Shown here: positions 1 to 8,713 of the stretch, piece by piece
How the letters are laid out: each line of letters begins with the position of its first letter
How positions within the stretch are numbered: the first letter of the stretch is position 1
Program-made: the position numbers and the translations under genes
Source of the DNA: a virus
Length of the DNA stretch: 54,463 bases
IMG/VR virus record: IMGVR_UViG_3300037419_001463
Span: 1-54,463 of that record
Strand: one strand, 5' to 3'
The notes under the pieces: generated by a model
Seen by the model: only the letters and a program-made list of their open reading frames with translations
Told to the model about the DNA's origin: nothing
Databases searched by the model: none

Positions 1-127
1 CCCTGGTCACCGGCAAGGAGAACAACGGCTCCGACGTCGTCGAGACCTTCGAGGTCGCCGGCACCGGGCCGGGCCGCACCGCCCAGGTGAAGATCACGCT
101 GCCGTCCTACCAGGTCGGGATCTACAG
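1..127. repeat. 127-bp exact duplication of the window end (1..127 = 54337..54463); circular-assembly overlap
   Basis: Base-by-base comparison of both ends. The offset of 54336 is divisible by 3 and the repeat lies inside one continuous reading frame. Confidence 0.95.
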
Positions 128-341
128 AGACCCCCGCTTCCCGTTCAAGGTCATCACCTACAACGGCAACGAGGGCTTCGACCGCGAGGACGTGCAGAAC
201 TACTACGGCGGGCCCGAGCTGGTGCCGGCCGAGGTGAAGCGCAAGTACGTCGAGAACGTCCTCTGCTACGACATCCGCACCGTGGTGCGGGCCATCAACG
301 ACGAGTACCGCCGGCTGCAGCTGACGGGGAAGGTGAAGTGA
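1..341 (+). CDS. 3-prime part of a ~285-aa hypothetical protein gene split by the linearisation point (5-prime part at 53820..54463)
   Basis: Same frame as 53820..54463 across the overlap. Stop TGA at 339..341. The ORF-track entry 87..341 is only its tail. No motif recognised. Confidence 0.7.
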   Translation, partial: LVTGKENNGSDVVETFEVAGTGPGRTAQVKITLPSYQVGIYRDPRFPFKVITYNGNEGFDREDVQNYYGGPELVPAEVKRKYVENVLCYDIRTVVRAINDEYRRLQLTGKVK

Positions 342-964
342 CCATGAGCACGGAGGAGTACACCGAGACGATCGAGCTCTCGGACCAGGACCAGGAGGAC
401 ATCGCCAAGCTCTACGCGCTGCCCACCGCCGAGGAGGAGGTGCCCGTCCAGCACACCATCCTCGAGGTGTGGCGCGAGGTGCTCGCCCCGGCCCAGAAGC
501 TGGCCGGCGAGAAGGTCACCCCGCAGTACGCCAGCAAGATGGTGGCCACCTACCCCGGGCTCACGCTGGCCGACTGCCGCGAGGTGCAGGCCCGCTACTA
601 CGCCAAGATCGGGCAGCTGGCCGAGATCCTCGACCTCGAGATCTCGTCCGACCCGGACTGCCTGTCCTACCTCGACGCGCCCGAGGAGGACGCGGCCGAG
701 AACGCCTACCACTACAAGGGCCTGCTGATCACCTGGCAGCAGCTGTTCCTGCAGTGGGAGCTCGAGTGGACCTGCACCGACCCCGACGCCGCGGCCGAGC
801 TGGCCGCGATCTCCGAGGTCCACAAGCTGTTCTTCGGGCCCACCGGCCTGACCCAGCACCTCGACAACATCCGCCTCGAGTACACCGAGGACGACGCGGC
901 CACGCTTGCCGAGGTGCTGCAGGAGCAGCGCGAGGCGTACACCGAGGCGGTGAGCGGTGAGTGA
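338..964 (+). CDS. hypothetical acidic protein (208 aa)
   Basis: ORF track. GTG 338 overlaps the upstream stop (GTGA); ATG 344 is an alternative start. GC3-rich and very acidic. No motif recognised. Confidence 0.7.
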   Translation: MTMSTEEYTETIELSDQDQEDIAKLYALPTAEEEVPVQHTILEVWREVLAPAQKLAGEKVTPQYASKMVATYPGLTLADCREVQARYYAKIGQLAEILDLEISSDPDCLSYLDAPEEDAAENAYHYKGLLITWQQLFLQWELEWTCTDPDAAAELAAISEVHKLFFGPTGLTQHLDNIRLEYTEDDAATLAEVLQEQREAYTEAVSGE

Positions 965-2060
965 GCAGCAGCCGGAGGCCATCGAGATTCCTCGTCATGG
1001 CGACGCTGCGTTCGCGGCGCTGGTGGACTTCCTGGCGCCAGAGCCGGCTGGAGAAGCGAATCCAGCGGGAGCGGCGCCGGCTGCTCCTGCTGCACCAGCT
1101 GGAGCGGGAGACGATGGCTCGGCTGGAGCAGCTGGAGGAGCAGCGGCACCCGCAGCTGTTCCTGGAGACGGAGCCGCAGCCGGAGCCGGAGTATCTGGTG
1201 ACGCCGCAGCCGGGGCAGCTGCCGACGGTGGAGCTGGTGGAGCCACTCCCCCAGCCGGCACCGCACCCGCTGTCGATGGCGGGCAGGGAGCCGACGCCGG
1301 TGCCGGAGCCGGAGGAGACGCAGCCGCCGGCGCTGCTGGAGATCGCCCAGCGACTTGGACTGCCAGCGCAGCCGAGCTGACCCCGAAGTTCGGGGAGCTG
1401 GCGACCTCGCTCGAGGAGCGGACGCTGCAGGCCTACCAGGCCCAGGCGCTCGAGGAGGTGCAGACCGAGCACGCCAAGTACTTCGAGGCGCTCAACAAGC
1501 ACCCTCGTCTCCTGGTCGGCGCCAAGGTCCCCTCGGCCCGTGGTGAGGGCGAGGAGACGCTGCGCGACGCCGAGGACGCCCGCGACTGGCAGGAGGCGAT
1601 CAAGTCCATCCTGGTCGACGAGGTCCGCTCCCGGGCCTCCAAGGCGATGGACGAGAACGCCGACTTCCTGCGCACCGTCCACGCCAGCATCGAGCTGTTC
1701 CAGAACAACGTCGACCTGGTGCCCGGCACCAAGGAGTTCGACGTCGAGCTCGCCAACCGGTTCGTCAACCTGGCCACGCCCTACGAGATCCGTCACGAGG
1801 GCAAGCTCCAGGGCTACTCGATCCCGGTGCAGCCGATCGTCGAGCAGCTCCGTGCGCAGATCGCAGCGGAGCGCCAGGCGAAGGCCACTCCCCCGGCCGC
1901 GGCGGCCGCCCCCTCCACCACGGCTGCCGCGGCCGCGCCCCCGGCTGACCCGCCGCAGGCAGGGATCCAGTCCAAGGCCGGCGCCGGCGGCGACGGGGCC
2001 GAGGACTTCTCCACCCTGTTCGGCACCATCAGCTCGGAGCTCGCCCACCTGCAGATCTGA
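957..2060 (+). CDS. Ala/Gly/Pro-rich helical protein (367 aa); scaffolding-like or internal protein by composition only
   Basis: ORF track. The N-terminal ~140 aa are A/G/P low complexity, followed by an E/A/R-rich helical body and a second A/P tract. Several overlapping shadow ORFs in 957..1400 come from the low-complexity GC-rich DNA. Confidence 0.6.
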   Translation: MSEQQPEAIEIPRHGDAAFAALVDFLAPEPAGEANPAGAAPAAPAAPAGAGDDGSAGAAGGAAAPAAVPGDGAAAGAGVSGDAAAGAAADGGAGGATPPAGTAPAVDGGQGADAGAGAGGDAAAGAAGDRPATWTASAAELTPKFGELATSLEERTLQAYQAQALEEVQTEHAKYFEALNKHPRLLVGAKVPSARGEGEETLRDAEDARDWQEAIKSILVDEVRSRASKAMDENADFLRTVHASIELFQNNVDLVPGTKEFDVELANRFVNLATPYEIRHEGKLQGYSIPVQPIVEQLRAQIAAERQAKATPPAAAAAPSTTAAAAAPPADPPQAGIQSKAGAGGDGAEDFSTLFGTISSELAHLQI

Positions 2061-2105
2061 TACAGCCCGGGGTCTTTCGCCCCACCCCCGCAAGGGATCT
2101 GCACC

Positions 2106-2291
2106 ATGACCAACCCCCTCTACGAGGTCATCCCGGCTGCCGCCCGCAAGTACGTGTACGCCGTGCTGACCCTGGCCGCCATCGTCTTCTCCGTCTACCA
2201 GGCGGCCGACGGCGACTGGGTCAAGATGGCCAACGGCCTGATCGTCGCGCTGATCGGTGCGACCGCGGCCTCGAACACGAACGTGGTTTGA
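2106..2291 (+). CDS. small membrane protein with two hydrophobic helices; holin candidate
   Basis: 61 aa. Hydrophobic segments YAVLTLAAIVFSVY and LIVALIGATAAS. Lies two genes upstream of the amidase. Confidence 0.55.
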   Translation: MTNPLYEVIPAAARKYVYAVLTLAAIVFSVYQAADGDWVKMANGLIVALIGATAASNTNVV

Positions 2292-2485
2292 GCATGTTCG
2301 CCGAGTTCGAGGCCAGGAAGGCCAACTGCACGGGCCAGGTGTTCATCAACCCGGCCGAGGTCGTCTCCGTCGCCGTGACCAGCGACGACCTCGACACGGT
2401 CTACGTCGAGCTCACCTCCGGCAACACCTTCCCCGTCGCCGGTCCGATCGAGGACGTGCTGCACGCCCTCACCGCAGGACAATGA
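2288..2485 (+). CDS. hypothetical protein (65 aa)
   Basis: ORF track. Start is TTG 2288 or ATG 2294. Its stop overlaps the next ATG (ATGA). Confidence 0.5.
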   Translation: MSMFAEFEARKANCTGQVFINPAEVVSVAVTSDDLDTVYVELTSGNTFPVAGPIEDVLHALTAGQ

Positions 2486-3249
2486 CCAGGACCTCGCCGC
2501 AGCGCAGCTTCGGCGGGGCGAACATCAAGGGCACGCCACCCATGTCGCGCGCCGCCGTTCGCTCCGACATGCGCAAGCTGAAGCGGTACCTCGACATCAT
2601 CGCGCTGCAGGAGTACCGGCACCGCTGGTACTGGGCGGTGCTCGCCTCGCTGTTCGCCTTCACCTGGCGCAGCTTCCCGTCGGCCAAGGTCGGGCTCAAG
2701 CAGCCCGTCTACGGCGGCCAAGCCATCCTCTGGAAGACCCGGCTGGTGCGGAAGACCTGCTCCAGGGTGATCCCGGCGTTCGACTTCGACGACGACAACT
2801 CCGGGATCATGGAGAACCGCTGGATGCGGGCGGTGCTGCTCGAGTGCCGCTGGTCCAAGCTGGCCTGCTGGTACATCTCCACCCACTTCGTGGTGCACGG
2901 CGACGACTACGAGGAGGGCCCGCGGCGCCAGGCCTTCATGGAGCAGAACCTGATCCGGCTGGCCCAGCTGCTCGACTGGTGCTCGCGCACCGGTGAGCCG
3001 ATGGTGCTCGAGCTGGACGCCAACATCCACCCCGACACGTGGGCCTACTTCCGCTTCATGCAGCTCGTGAAGCAGCACGGCGGCCGCGTGATCGGCGAGA
3101 AGGGCGTCGAGTTCCTCGTCGTCTTCAACGGCGACCACACCCGCGTGGTCGTCGACCAGGCCTTCGTGCTGCGACCCCGCGACTACGGGCTCAAGACCGA
3201 CCACGAGGTCCGCTGCATCGCCCACCACCTCGAGAGCAGGACACCATGA
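2482..3249 (+). CDS. endonuclease/exonuclease/phosphatase (EEP) family hydrolase (255 aa)
   Basis: ATG 2482 forms an ATGA overlap with the upstream stop. EEP landmarks seen by eye: ANIKG near the N-terminus, DIIALQE, LELDANI (GDxN-like) and C-terminal TDHEV (SDH-like). The longer 2257 track ORF has an Arg-rich, non-coding-looking extension. Confidence 0.6.
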   Translation: MTRTSPQRSFGGANIKGTPPMSRAAVRSDMRKLKRYLDIIALQEYRHRWYWAVLASLFAFTWRSFPSAKVGLKQPVYGGQAILWKTRLVRKTCSRVIPAFDFDDDNSGIMENRWMRAVLLECRWSKLACWYISTHFVVHGDDYEEGPRRQAFMEQNLIRLAQLLDWCSRTGEPMVLELDANIHPDTWAYFRFMQLVKQHGGRVIGEKGVEFLVVFNGDHTRVVVDQAFVLRPRDYGLKTDHEVRCIAHHLESRTP

Positions 3250-3881
3250 CCATCACCCAGCGTGTCGTACGCCGTGCCCGGCAGCGCGGCGTCACCGTGC
3301 TGACCCACCGACAGTGGGGCAGCACCGAGATGCGGACCTACGCCGAGCGCCGCAAGCTCACCCGTGAGGGCCACTGGCCGGGGTTCCGCCAGCTGGTCGA
3401 CACGGTCGCCCAGCACATCACGGTCACCGCGGCGACCGACGACTTCGCCCACGACTGTCGCGTGGTCGAGCAGATCGGCATGCAGAGGTTCGGCTCCGGT
3501 GTCAGCTACAACTTCCTGGTCCACATCCGCAGCGGTGAGGCGGCCGTCGGCCAGCCCCTGGACTCCAAGGGCACCCACACCGTGAACGACAAGGGCGTCG
3601 AGGGCTACAGCTACGACCAGAACCTGGCCGCCCGGGCGATCGCCGTGGTCGGGATGCCCGGCGACAAGCTGAGCCGCAAGGCCAAGCGCACCATCGTGCA
3701 CCTGCTCGCCGCCATGGTCGAGGAGGGCGCGGTCACACGCGGCTTCGACTACGTGCCGCACTCGCTCTTCGCGTGGAAGGACTGCCCGTGCGACTCCACG
3801 CGCAGCCAGATGCCGAAGATCAGGGCGGCCGTCGACCGCAAGCTGGCCAAGCCGGTCCGGTTCCTAGGCGGTCCGCGATGA
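3246..3881 (+). CDS. N-acetylmuramoyl-L-alanine amidase (amidase_2/PGRP, T7-lysozyme type) endolysin
   Basis: ATG 3246 overlaps the EEP stop (ATGA). Landmarks: AQHITVTAA, GTHTVN and VPHSLFAWKDCPC, consistent with His/His/Cys zinc ligands. Confidence 0.7.
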   Translation: MTITQRVVRRARQRGVTVLTHRQWGSTEMRTYAERRKLTREGHWPGFRQLVDTVAQHITVTAATDDFAHDCRVVEQIGMQRFGSGVSYNFLVHIRSGEAAVGQPLDSKGTHTVNDKGVEGYSYDQNLAARAIAVVGMPGDKLSRKAKRTIVHLLAAMVEEGAVTRGFDYVPHSLFAWKDCPCDSTRSQMPKIRAAVDRKLAKPVRFLGGPR

Positions 3882-4051
3882 GCTGGCACGCACGGCGCAG
3901 CGTGCTGAAGCTGCACAAGCAGATCGCCAAGCGCGAGCGCGAGGAGCTGGTCGCTGCCCGCCGCAAGGGCGAGTACCACCCGCGGCTCTCGCTGAGCGAG
4001 AAGCTCGGCAAGGCCGTTGCCGCCTCCTACATCCGCGCCACCAAGGGCTGA
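3878..4051 (+). CDS. small basic protein (57 aa) directly upstream of terL; small-terminase candidate by position only
   Basis: ATG 3878 overlaps the amidase stop (ATGA). Lys/Arg/Glu-rich and helical. No motif recognised. Confidence 0.4.
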   Translation: MSWHARRSVLKLHKQIAKREREELVAARRKGEYHPRLSLSEKLGKAVAASYIRATKG

Positions 4052-5534
4052 GCTCGTGGCCACGTTCCCTGTCCACTACGAGCCCCGGCCGTACCAGATG
4101 GAGCTGCACCGCATGTGGCAGTCCAAGCGGTACGGCATCGGGGTGCTCCCCCGCCAGTCGGGCAAGGACGTGGCCGCGAGCATGGAGCAGCTCGAGTCCC
4201 GGCTCAAGACGCCGAAGACCACCGGGGTCTACATCAGCCTGAACAACCCGATGATCCGGGACATCCTCTACGACAAGACCTACCTGTGCACGCACTGCGG
4301 CGAGTACATCCAGGCGATGCAGGACAACGTGCCCAAGGACGCGGTCGACTGGCGCGACACCTATATGGAGGGCCGGTTCAAGAACAAGAGCCGGCTCAAG
4401 CTGCAGGGCTACTTCCAGTCCGGCCAGGACAAGTCCGGTGTCGGCACCAGCTTCCAGGACTACACGTTCACCGAGCTGGCGCTGTTCTTCCGTGAGGACC
4501 CGATCCCCCGGATCTGGCCCATCCTCCAGAACAAGGCCGAGCGCAAGCGGCTGATGGTCGTGACCACTCCTCGAGGCCGGCGGAAGAACCCGCTGTGGCA
4601 GCTGATGGAGTCGGTCAAGGGTCTGCCCGACGCCCAGGTCATCATCCGCACGATCGACGACCTGAACGAGATGATGCAGCGCGAGGGCCTGCCGCCCGTG
4701 TTGACGCAGGCCGAGCTCGAGGAGATCCGCGAGACCTACCTCAAGCGGTTCGGCAACGACCGGATGTTCGAGCAGGAGTACTACTGCAGCTTCGACGAGA
4801 TCGACGCGGCCGCCGTCTACGGCGAGGCGTACATGAAGCTGATCGCCGAGAAGCGCGCGCACATCTTCAACCTGCGCGACGGCCACCCGGTCTACGTCCA
4901 GTTCGACATCGGCTCCTCCGGCATGCACTCCGACGCCACCGCCTGGATCGCCTTCCAGTGGATCAACGGACAGAAGTTCATCTACGACTGCGGTGAGGGC
5001 CACGGCAAGGCGCTGCCCGAGTACGTCGACGTGCTGCGCGAGAAGCACTGGTTCAACCGCATCGCGTGGATGATCCTCCCCTGGGACGGTGACCACCACG
5101 AGAAGGCCGTGAACACCACGCCGGCCGACATGATGCGGCAGAAGTTCCCCAACGTCGCGGTGCTCGCCAAGTCGAACAAGGTCTACAAGATCCCCGGCTC
5201 ACGGCAGGGCGACTACGACCTGATCACCGACATCCAGCAGACCCGGATGGAGCTCTACAACACCATCATCCACGCCGATCCCGAGACCGGCGAGGGCAAC
5301 TGCCAGTGGCTGCTGGAGTGCCTCGAGAACTACAAGTACGAGTTCAACACCAAGCTCCAGCTGTGGACCGAGAAGCCGCTCCACGACAAGCACAGCCACA
5401 TGATGGACGCCCTCCGCTACTGCGACCAGGCGACCAAGGAGCTGGGCTTCTTCGGCGGCACGTTCTTCGACGTGCCCGGCCAACAGAAGAGCGTCGACTA
5501 CGAAGAGGACTGGAGCTCGGTATGGGCCAGGTGA
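4017..5534 (+). CDS. terL: terminase large subunit
   Basis: 505-aa ORF; GTG 4056, just after the upstream stop, is a likely alternative start. Walker-A-like VLPRQSGKDV, the FEQEYYCSF motif common in large terminases, and a typical size. Confidence 0.75.
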   Translation: MPPPTSAPPRAELVATFPVHYEPRPYQMELHRMWQSKRYGIGVLPRQSGKDVAASMEQLESRLKTPKTTGVYISLNNPMIRDILYDKTYLCTHCGEYIQAMQDNVPKDAVDWRDTYMEGRFKNKSRLKLQGYFQSGQDKSGVGTSFQDYTFTELALFFREDPIPRIWPILQNKAERKRLMVVTTPRGRRKNPLWQLMESVKGLPDAQVIIRTIDDLNEMMQREGLPPVLTQAELEEIRETYLKRFGNDRMFEQEYYCSFDEIDAAAVYGEAYMKLIAEKRAHIFNLRDGHPVYVQFDIGSSGMHSDATAWIAFQWINGQKFIYDCGEGHGKALPEYVDVLREKHWFNRIAWMILPWDGDHHEKAVNTTPADMMRQKFPNVAVLAKSNKVYKIPGSRQGDYDLITDIQQTRMELYNTIIHADPETGEGNCQWLLECLENYKYEFNTKLQLWTEKPLHDKHSHMMDALRYCDQATKELGFFGGTFFDVPGQQKSVDYEEDWSSVWAR

Positions 5535-5731
5535 AGACCACGCACGTGAAGTTCCCGGTGCCCGACGACGTGGAGATCATGACCGCCGGGATCTTCATCG
5601 GCACCTACATCCGCGAGGACGGCAGCAACGGCTACTGGGTGCACACCCGCGGCCAGGCTCCGATGACCACCTTCCTCGGCATGACGCTGCTCGCGCAGGA
5701 AGCGATCAAGCAGTGGGGCCACGAGGAATGA
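5522..5731 (+). CDS. hypothetical protein (69 aa)
   Basis: Internal ATG of track ORF 5306..5731. Overlaps the terL end by 13 nt. Its stop overlaps the next ATG. Confidence 0.5.
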   Translation: MGQVKTTHVKFPVPDDVEIMTAGIFIGTYIREDGSNGYWVHTRGQAPMTTFLGMTLLAQEAIKQWGHEE

Positions 5732-5844
5732 ACGACTTCCCGCGCTGCACCAAGTGCGGCCACAGCTGGCACGGCCTCCCCTGCCCGGTGCTCGCCGGCA
5801 CCCAGTGCCTCTGCCCGAGCGCGTACACCGAGGAGGACGAGTGA
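5728..5844 (+). CDS. Cys-rich mini-protein (38 aa), zinc-ribbon-like
   Basis: ATGA overlap upstream and GTGA overlap downstream. Sequence MNDFPRCTKCGHSWHGLPCP...CLCP. Below the ORF-track size cutoff. Confidence 0.4.
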   Translation: MNDFPRCTKCGHSWHGLPCPVLAGTQCLCPSAYTEEDE

Positions 5845-6158
5845 AGAACGTGAGCATCCGGCAGGCGCTGCAGTACGTGGCCGACTACCCCGAGCCGATC
5901 TCCGACGAGCTGATCCAGATGCCGGTCTACGAGCTCGTCGCCCGGTCGCTGTTCGACATCGCCAACCGGCCGGACGCCTCGGTGCGCGGCTCGATGGCAC
6001 GGGCCAACAAGGCGCGCAAGATGATCCTCGACCGGCTGGCCGGCAAGCGCCGAGCCGGCACGAAGCCCACCATCAAGGGCACGGTGGAGATACAGTTCCG
6101 GGACCTGACAGGAGGAGAGCTCGATGCCCCCAGCACCCCACCCGAAGCAGAAGCCTGA
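5841..6158 (+). CDS. hypothetical protein (105 aa)
   Basis: GTG 5841 overlaps the upstream stop. It is the C-terminal part of track ORF 5754..6158. GC3-rich. Confidence 0.5.
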   Translation: MKNVSIRQALQYVADYPEPISDELIQMPVYELVARSLFDIANRPDASVRGSMARANKARKMILDRLAGKRRAGTKPTIKGTVEIQFRDLTGGELDAPSTPPEAEA

Positions 6159-6288
6159 CGTCGGTCTCTGGCTAGTCGGCATCCTGTTCGGCACACCGGC
6201 AGTCCTGGTCCTGGCCTGGTTGGTCTGGCTGTTCGTGTCCACCGTCTTCCTCGGAGAGGGGTCAGCATGTCCGCAGAACTCGTGCTAG
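6124..6288 (+). CDS. small membrane protein (54 aa)
   Basis: ATG 6124. One long hydrophobic stretch, LWLVGILFGTPAVLVLAWLVWLFVSTVF. Overlaps both neighbours. Below the track cutoff. Confidence 0.35.
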   Translation: MPPAPHPKQKPDVGLWLVGILFGTPAVLVLAWLVWLFVSTVFLGEGSACPQNSC

Positions 6289-6566
6289 TCCGGAAGTTCC
6301 GGCACCAGGTCCCCGACAGCCACCGCGGCAGCCTGGACACCCGGATCCAGTGGCTGTGGAACCAGCGATTCGGCACCGTGCAGACGATCTGGAAGGCCTC
6401 GCAGGGCCCGGGCGGTGACGTCCTGGACCACACCGCCGCCACGCTGATCCTGCAGGCGATCATGGGCAAGGACATCGAGTCGATCTCCCAGCTCTTCCAG
6501 CGCCTCGAGGGCGGCGCCGTGAACGACGACCAGCTGCCCGAGGACGAGGCTACGATCCGCGTCTAG
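6267..6566 (+). CDS. hypothetical protein (99 aa); last gene of the plus-strand arm
   Basis: ORF track. Converges on the minus-strand gene 6550..6852 with a 17-nt overlap. Confidence 0.55.
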   Translation: MSAELVLVRKFRHQVPDSHRGSLDTRIQWLWNQRFGTVQTIWKASQGPGGDVLDHTAATLILQAIMGKDIESISQLFQRLEGGAVNDDQLPEDEATIRV

Positions 6567-6852
6567 CCCGGCGCCACAGCTCGGCGGCCGCCGGCCGGGT
6601 GCACACCTCACACCGGCACCAAGCGCGGTGCTCGAGGGTCTCCTCGTCGGGCCTGGTGGCCGGCATGTCCCTGGCCTCGTCCGGGGCCAGCTCCAGGGGC
6701 AGGAACCAGTTGCCGTGGAATCGGACGGCGTCAGGGTGATCGGGCTTCAGGACCCGGTTCTTGCGCTGCTCAGGCGCCACCGGGCGGTACCGCTTGCCCT
6801 CTGCGTAGACCCGGGTCCCGTCGGCCTCGACCCGGATGGGCCGGTGCGTCAC
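6550..6852 (-). CDS. hypothetical protein (100 aa)
   Basis: GTG 6852 overlaps the upstream stop (GTGA). The rest of the 205-aa track ORF looks like shadow sequence. Confidence 0.45.
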   Translation of the reverse strand: MTHRPIRVEADGTRVYAEGKRYRPVAPEQRKNRVLKPDHPDAVRFHGNWFLPLELAPDEARDMPATRPDEETLEHRAWCRCEVCTRPAAAELWRRARRGS

Positions 6853-7385
6853 GGGTACAGCGTCCCGGCCTGGTACTCCGCCCACAGCGTCAGCGTGAGC
6901 GGCCGGTGCCGGCGCACGTACCAGCCCGGCGGGACCCGGAAGGCGTTGGGCACCTTGCGGCCAGCGATGTAGGTCATGTACGGCTTGCCGAAGTGGTGGC
7001 GCAGCACCTGGTTGATCTTGCGCAGATCGGCCTGGGCCGAGCCGCCGGCGGCCATGAGCTCGGCCACCTTGATCCCGGTGGCCCACTCGTAGATCATCAC
7101 CGCCGCCACCCGGTGACCGTGGTTCGGGGAGAGGTTGCGCAGGAACTTCCGCACCTCCCGCTCCCACTGCACGAGATGCGGGTTCTCCTTCACCAGGTAC
7201 TTGTCCTTGGTGAGTGGCATCCTTGCTCTCTCGTTGTCAGGCAGTACCAGCTGGTCAAGCCGGTCAGACCCGGCAGCAGCGCGGGCCGTACTAGGCACGC
7301 GCTGCTTGGCGGAGTCCTTGTCAAACCTCTGCTTCAGTAGCTCTTCTACTTCTGTCAGGAGTGACGGCTCCAGCTGGTTGCTCAT
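6849..7385 (-). CDS. hypothetical protein (178 aa)
   Basis: ORF track. ATG 7385 follows an intrinsic terminator and an A/T-rich tract. Confidence 0.65.
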   Translation of the reverse strand: MSNQLEPSLLTEVEELLKQRFDKDSAKQRVPSTARAAAGSDRLDQLVLPDNERARMPLTKDKYLVKENPHLVQWEREVRKFLRNLSPNHGHRVAAVMIYEWATGIKVAELMAAGGSAQADLRKINQVLRHHFGKPYMTYIAGRKVPNAFRVPPGWYVRRHRPLTLTLWAEYQAGTLYP

Positions 7386-7403
7386 GCAGAAAATTTTTCC
7401 ACT

Positions 7404-7441
7404 AAAAAAGAGAGAGTCACGTCCGAGTGGACGTGACTCTC
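7404..7441 (-). terminator. rho-independent terminator (13-bp perfect stem, 4-nt loop, T6 tract on the minus strand)
   Basis: Stem arms GAGAGTCACGTCC (7412..7424) and GGACGTGACTCTC (7429..7441). A6 at 7404..7409 on the plus strand gives a U-tract downstream in minus sense. Confidence 0.75.
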
Positions 7442-7467
7442 CCCTACTTCTATGAGTGCCTGGCAGG

Positions 7468-7608
7468 CTACACCTTCGCGTGCGCGTCCCGCTTCTTGCT
7501 CGCCACCTCGTGTGTCGTCGGCTTGATCGACCACGGGCAGCCGCGGCACAGCACCGCCCACTTCCCGGTCACCGAGTCCCACACCAAGAACGGGTGGTGC
7601 TCGGTCAC
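7468..7608 (-). CDS. hypothetical mini-protein (46 aa, CxxC)
   Basis: GTG 7608 overlaps the upstream stop (GTGA). GC3-rich. Ends just before the terminator. Not in the ORF track. Confidence 0.4.
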   Translation of the reverse strand: MTEHHPFLVWDSVTGKWAVLCRGCPWSIKPTTHEVASKKRDAHAKV

Positions 7609-7808
7609 CTTCGCCACGGGCGGTTGGGCATCTCAGCCCGGATCGCTGCAGCGAGGGCCCAGGCCTGGTTGGCCAGCCCAGGGTCTCCGATGCTGTCACC
7701 GATCGACTCCGCCCGATCCGCCAGCACCACCCACGGGTGGCAGTTCGGGTGCTTCGGGCAGTGACGGCGGTGGGAGCCGAGACCCTGGCACCCACCGCAG
7801 TCGATCAC
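7605..7808 (-). CDS. Cys/His-rich small protein (67 aa)
   Basis: ORF track. GTG 7808 overlaps the primase stop. N-terminus CGGCQGLGSHRRHCPKHPNC. Confidence 0.5.
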   Translation of the reverse strand: MIDCGGCQGLGSHRRHCPKHPNCHPWVVLADRAESIGDSIGDPGLANQAWALAAAIRAEMPNRPWRR

Positions 7809-8713
7809 GGCGCGCCGACCAGCTGCTGCTGGCTGATCGCGTAGGTCTTGATGTTGCTGACCAGCTTCTCGAGCTCGTCACCGGGCAGCCCGATCTGCAG
7901 CCCGCGCTCGACGAGCAGGTCGTCCCAGCCCGGGACCTGGGCCTGCACCATCTCCGAGCCGATGGCGAACAAGGTGTTGTTGCGCTTGCCGGCCGGGATC
8001 GGCCGCTTCAGCTTGCTGATGATCTCGTCGTGAAGCATGAGCACCTCCGTGGTGTCTTGAGTGGCCAGCACCGAGGTGATCCTGGCCGCGGTTGCCGCGA
8101 GCTTCTGCTCACGGTGCTGCATCAATTCGATGAGGTGGTCCGGCAGGAGCGCCGGCCCGCGGTTGTTCCACCGCTGCTGCGGGTGGTGGTAGATGCAGCC
8201 GGTCGCCCGGAAGTCCACGCCCTGCTCGATGCCGATGCGGTCACCTAGCAGGCCGTAGCCCCTCACGTCGTCCCACTCCTCGTCCACCAGGTAGAACAGG
8301 TGGTAGCCGTTGCCCGACTTCGAGGTCTCGGCCATCGTCGGCGGCAACATGCCGAGCCGCTTGGCGTGGTCGAGCCCACCGTTCTTCCCGTCGATGTCGA
8401 TGGCCACCAGGCGCAGCGACCTCATGATGAACGCGAAGCTCCACTTGCCCTTGTTGTAGCCGTAGAGCACCCGCTTGTCGTTGAACTCGCCACGCATGTA
8501 GCGCGGCATGAATCCGTCGGTCTCCCCCGATGGTGGGTTGAGCCCCCAGCCCTTGTCGGTGCGGCCGTCAGGCCACGCCCGAACCAGGGCCACGCCTCGA
8601 GGTCCGGCCCAGTGGTGGTCGAACTGCAGCGGGTAGGGGCCCTGCCCCTCGTAGCTGTCAGTCCTCCACCAAGGCATCGAGGATTGCTGCGTCGCTGCTG
8701 CCGATTCCGGCAC
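7805..8713 (-). CDS. AEP-family primase-polymerase (Prim-Pol) with PriCT-like C-terminus
   Basis: Motifs VAIDIDGKNGG and SKSGNGYHLFY, plus C-terminal PAGKRNNTLF. Start is ATG 8713 or 8677; both overlap the upstream helicase gene. Confidence 0.75.
   Translation of the reverse strand: MPESAAATQQSSMPWWRTDSYEGQGPYPLQFDHHWAGPRGVALVRAWPDGRTDKGWGLNPPSGETDGFMPRYMRGEFNDKRVLYGYNKGKWSFAFIMRSLRLVAIDIDGKNGGLDHAKRLGMLPPTMAETSKSGNGYHLFYLVDEEWDDVRGYGLLGDRIGIEQGVDFRATGCIYHHPQQRWNNRGPALLPDHLIELMQHREQKLAATAARITSVLATQDTTEVLMLHDEIISKLKRPIPAGKRNNTLFAIGSEMVQAQVPGWDDLLVERGLQIGLPGDELEKLVSNIKTYAISQQQLVGAP

Noticed and set aside
1-127. The 127-bp end duplication as a genuine direct terminal repeat of the virion DNA.
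   Set aside because: It lies in the middle of a continuous ORF and has the size expected for a k = 127 assembler overlap. It is treated as a circularisation artefact unless read-terminus data say otherwise.
957-1400. Alternative-frame ORFs in the low-complexity stretch (961..1380 +, 995..1261 -, 712..1266 -, 729..2093 -).
   Set aside because: GCN-periodic low-complexity DNA is open in several frames. Only frame 957..2060 continues into a normal-looking protein body.
7389-7399. GAAAATTTTTC, and the similar GAAAATTTTTTC at 17746..17757, as a shared palindromic operator.
   Set aside because: There are only two copies. Both are A/T tracts following strong hairpins and are more simply parts of terminator or promoter spacers. 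The evidence is too weak to call.
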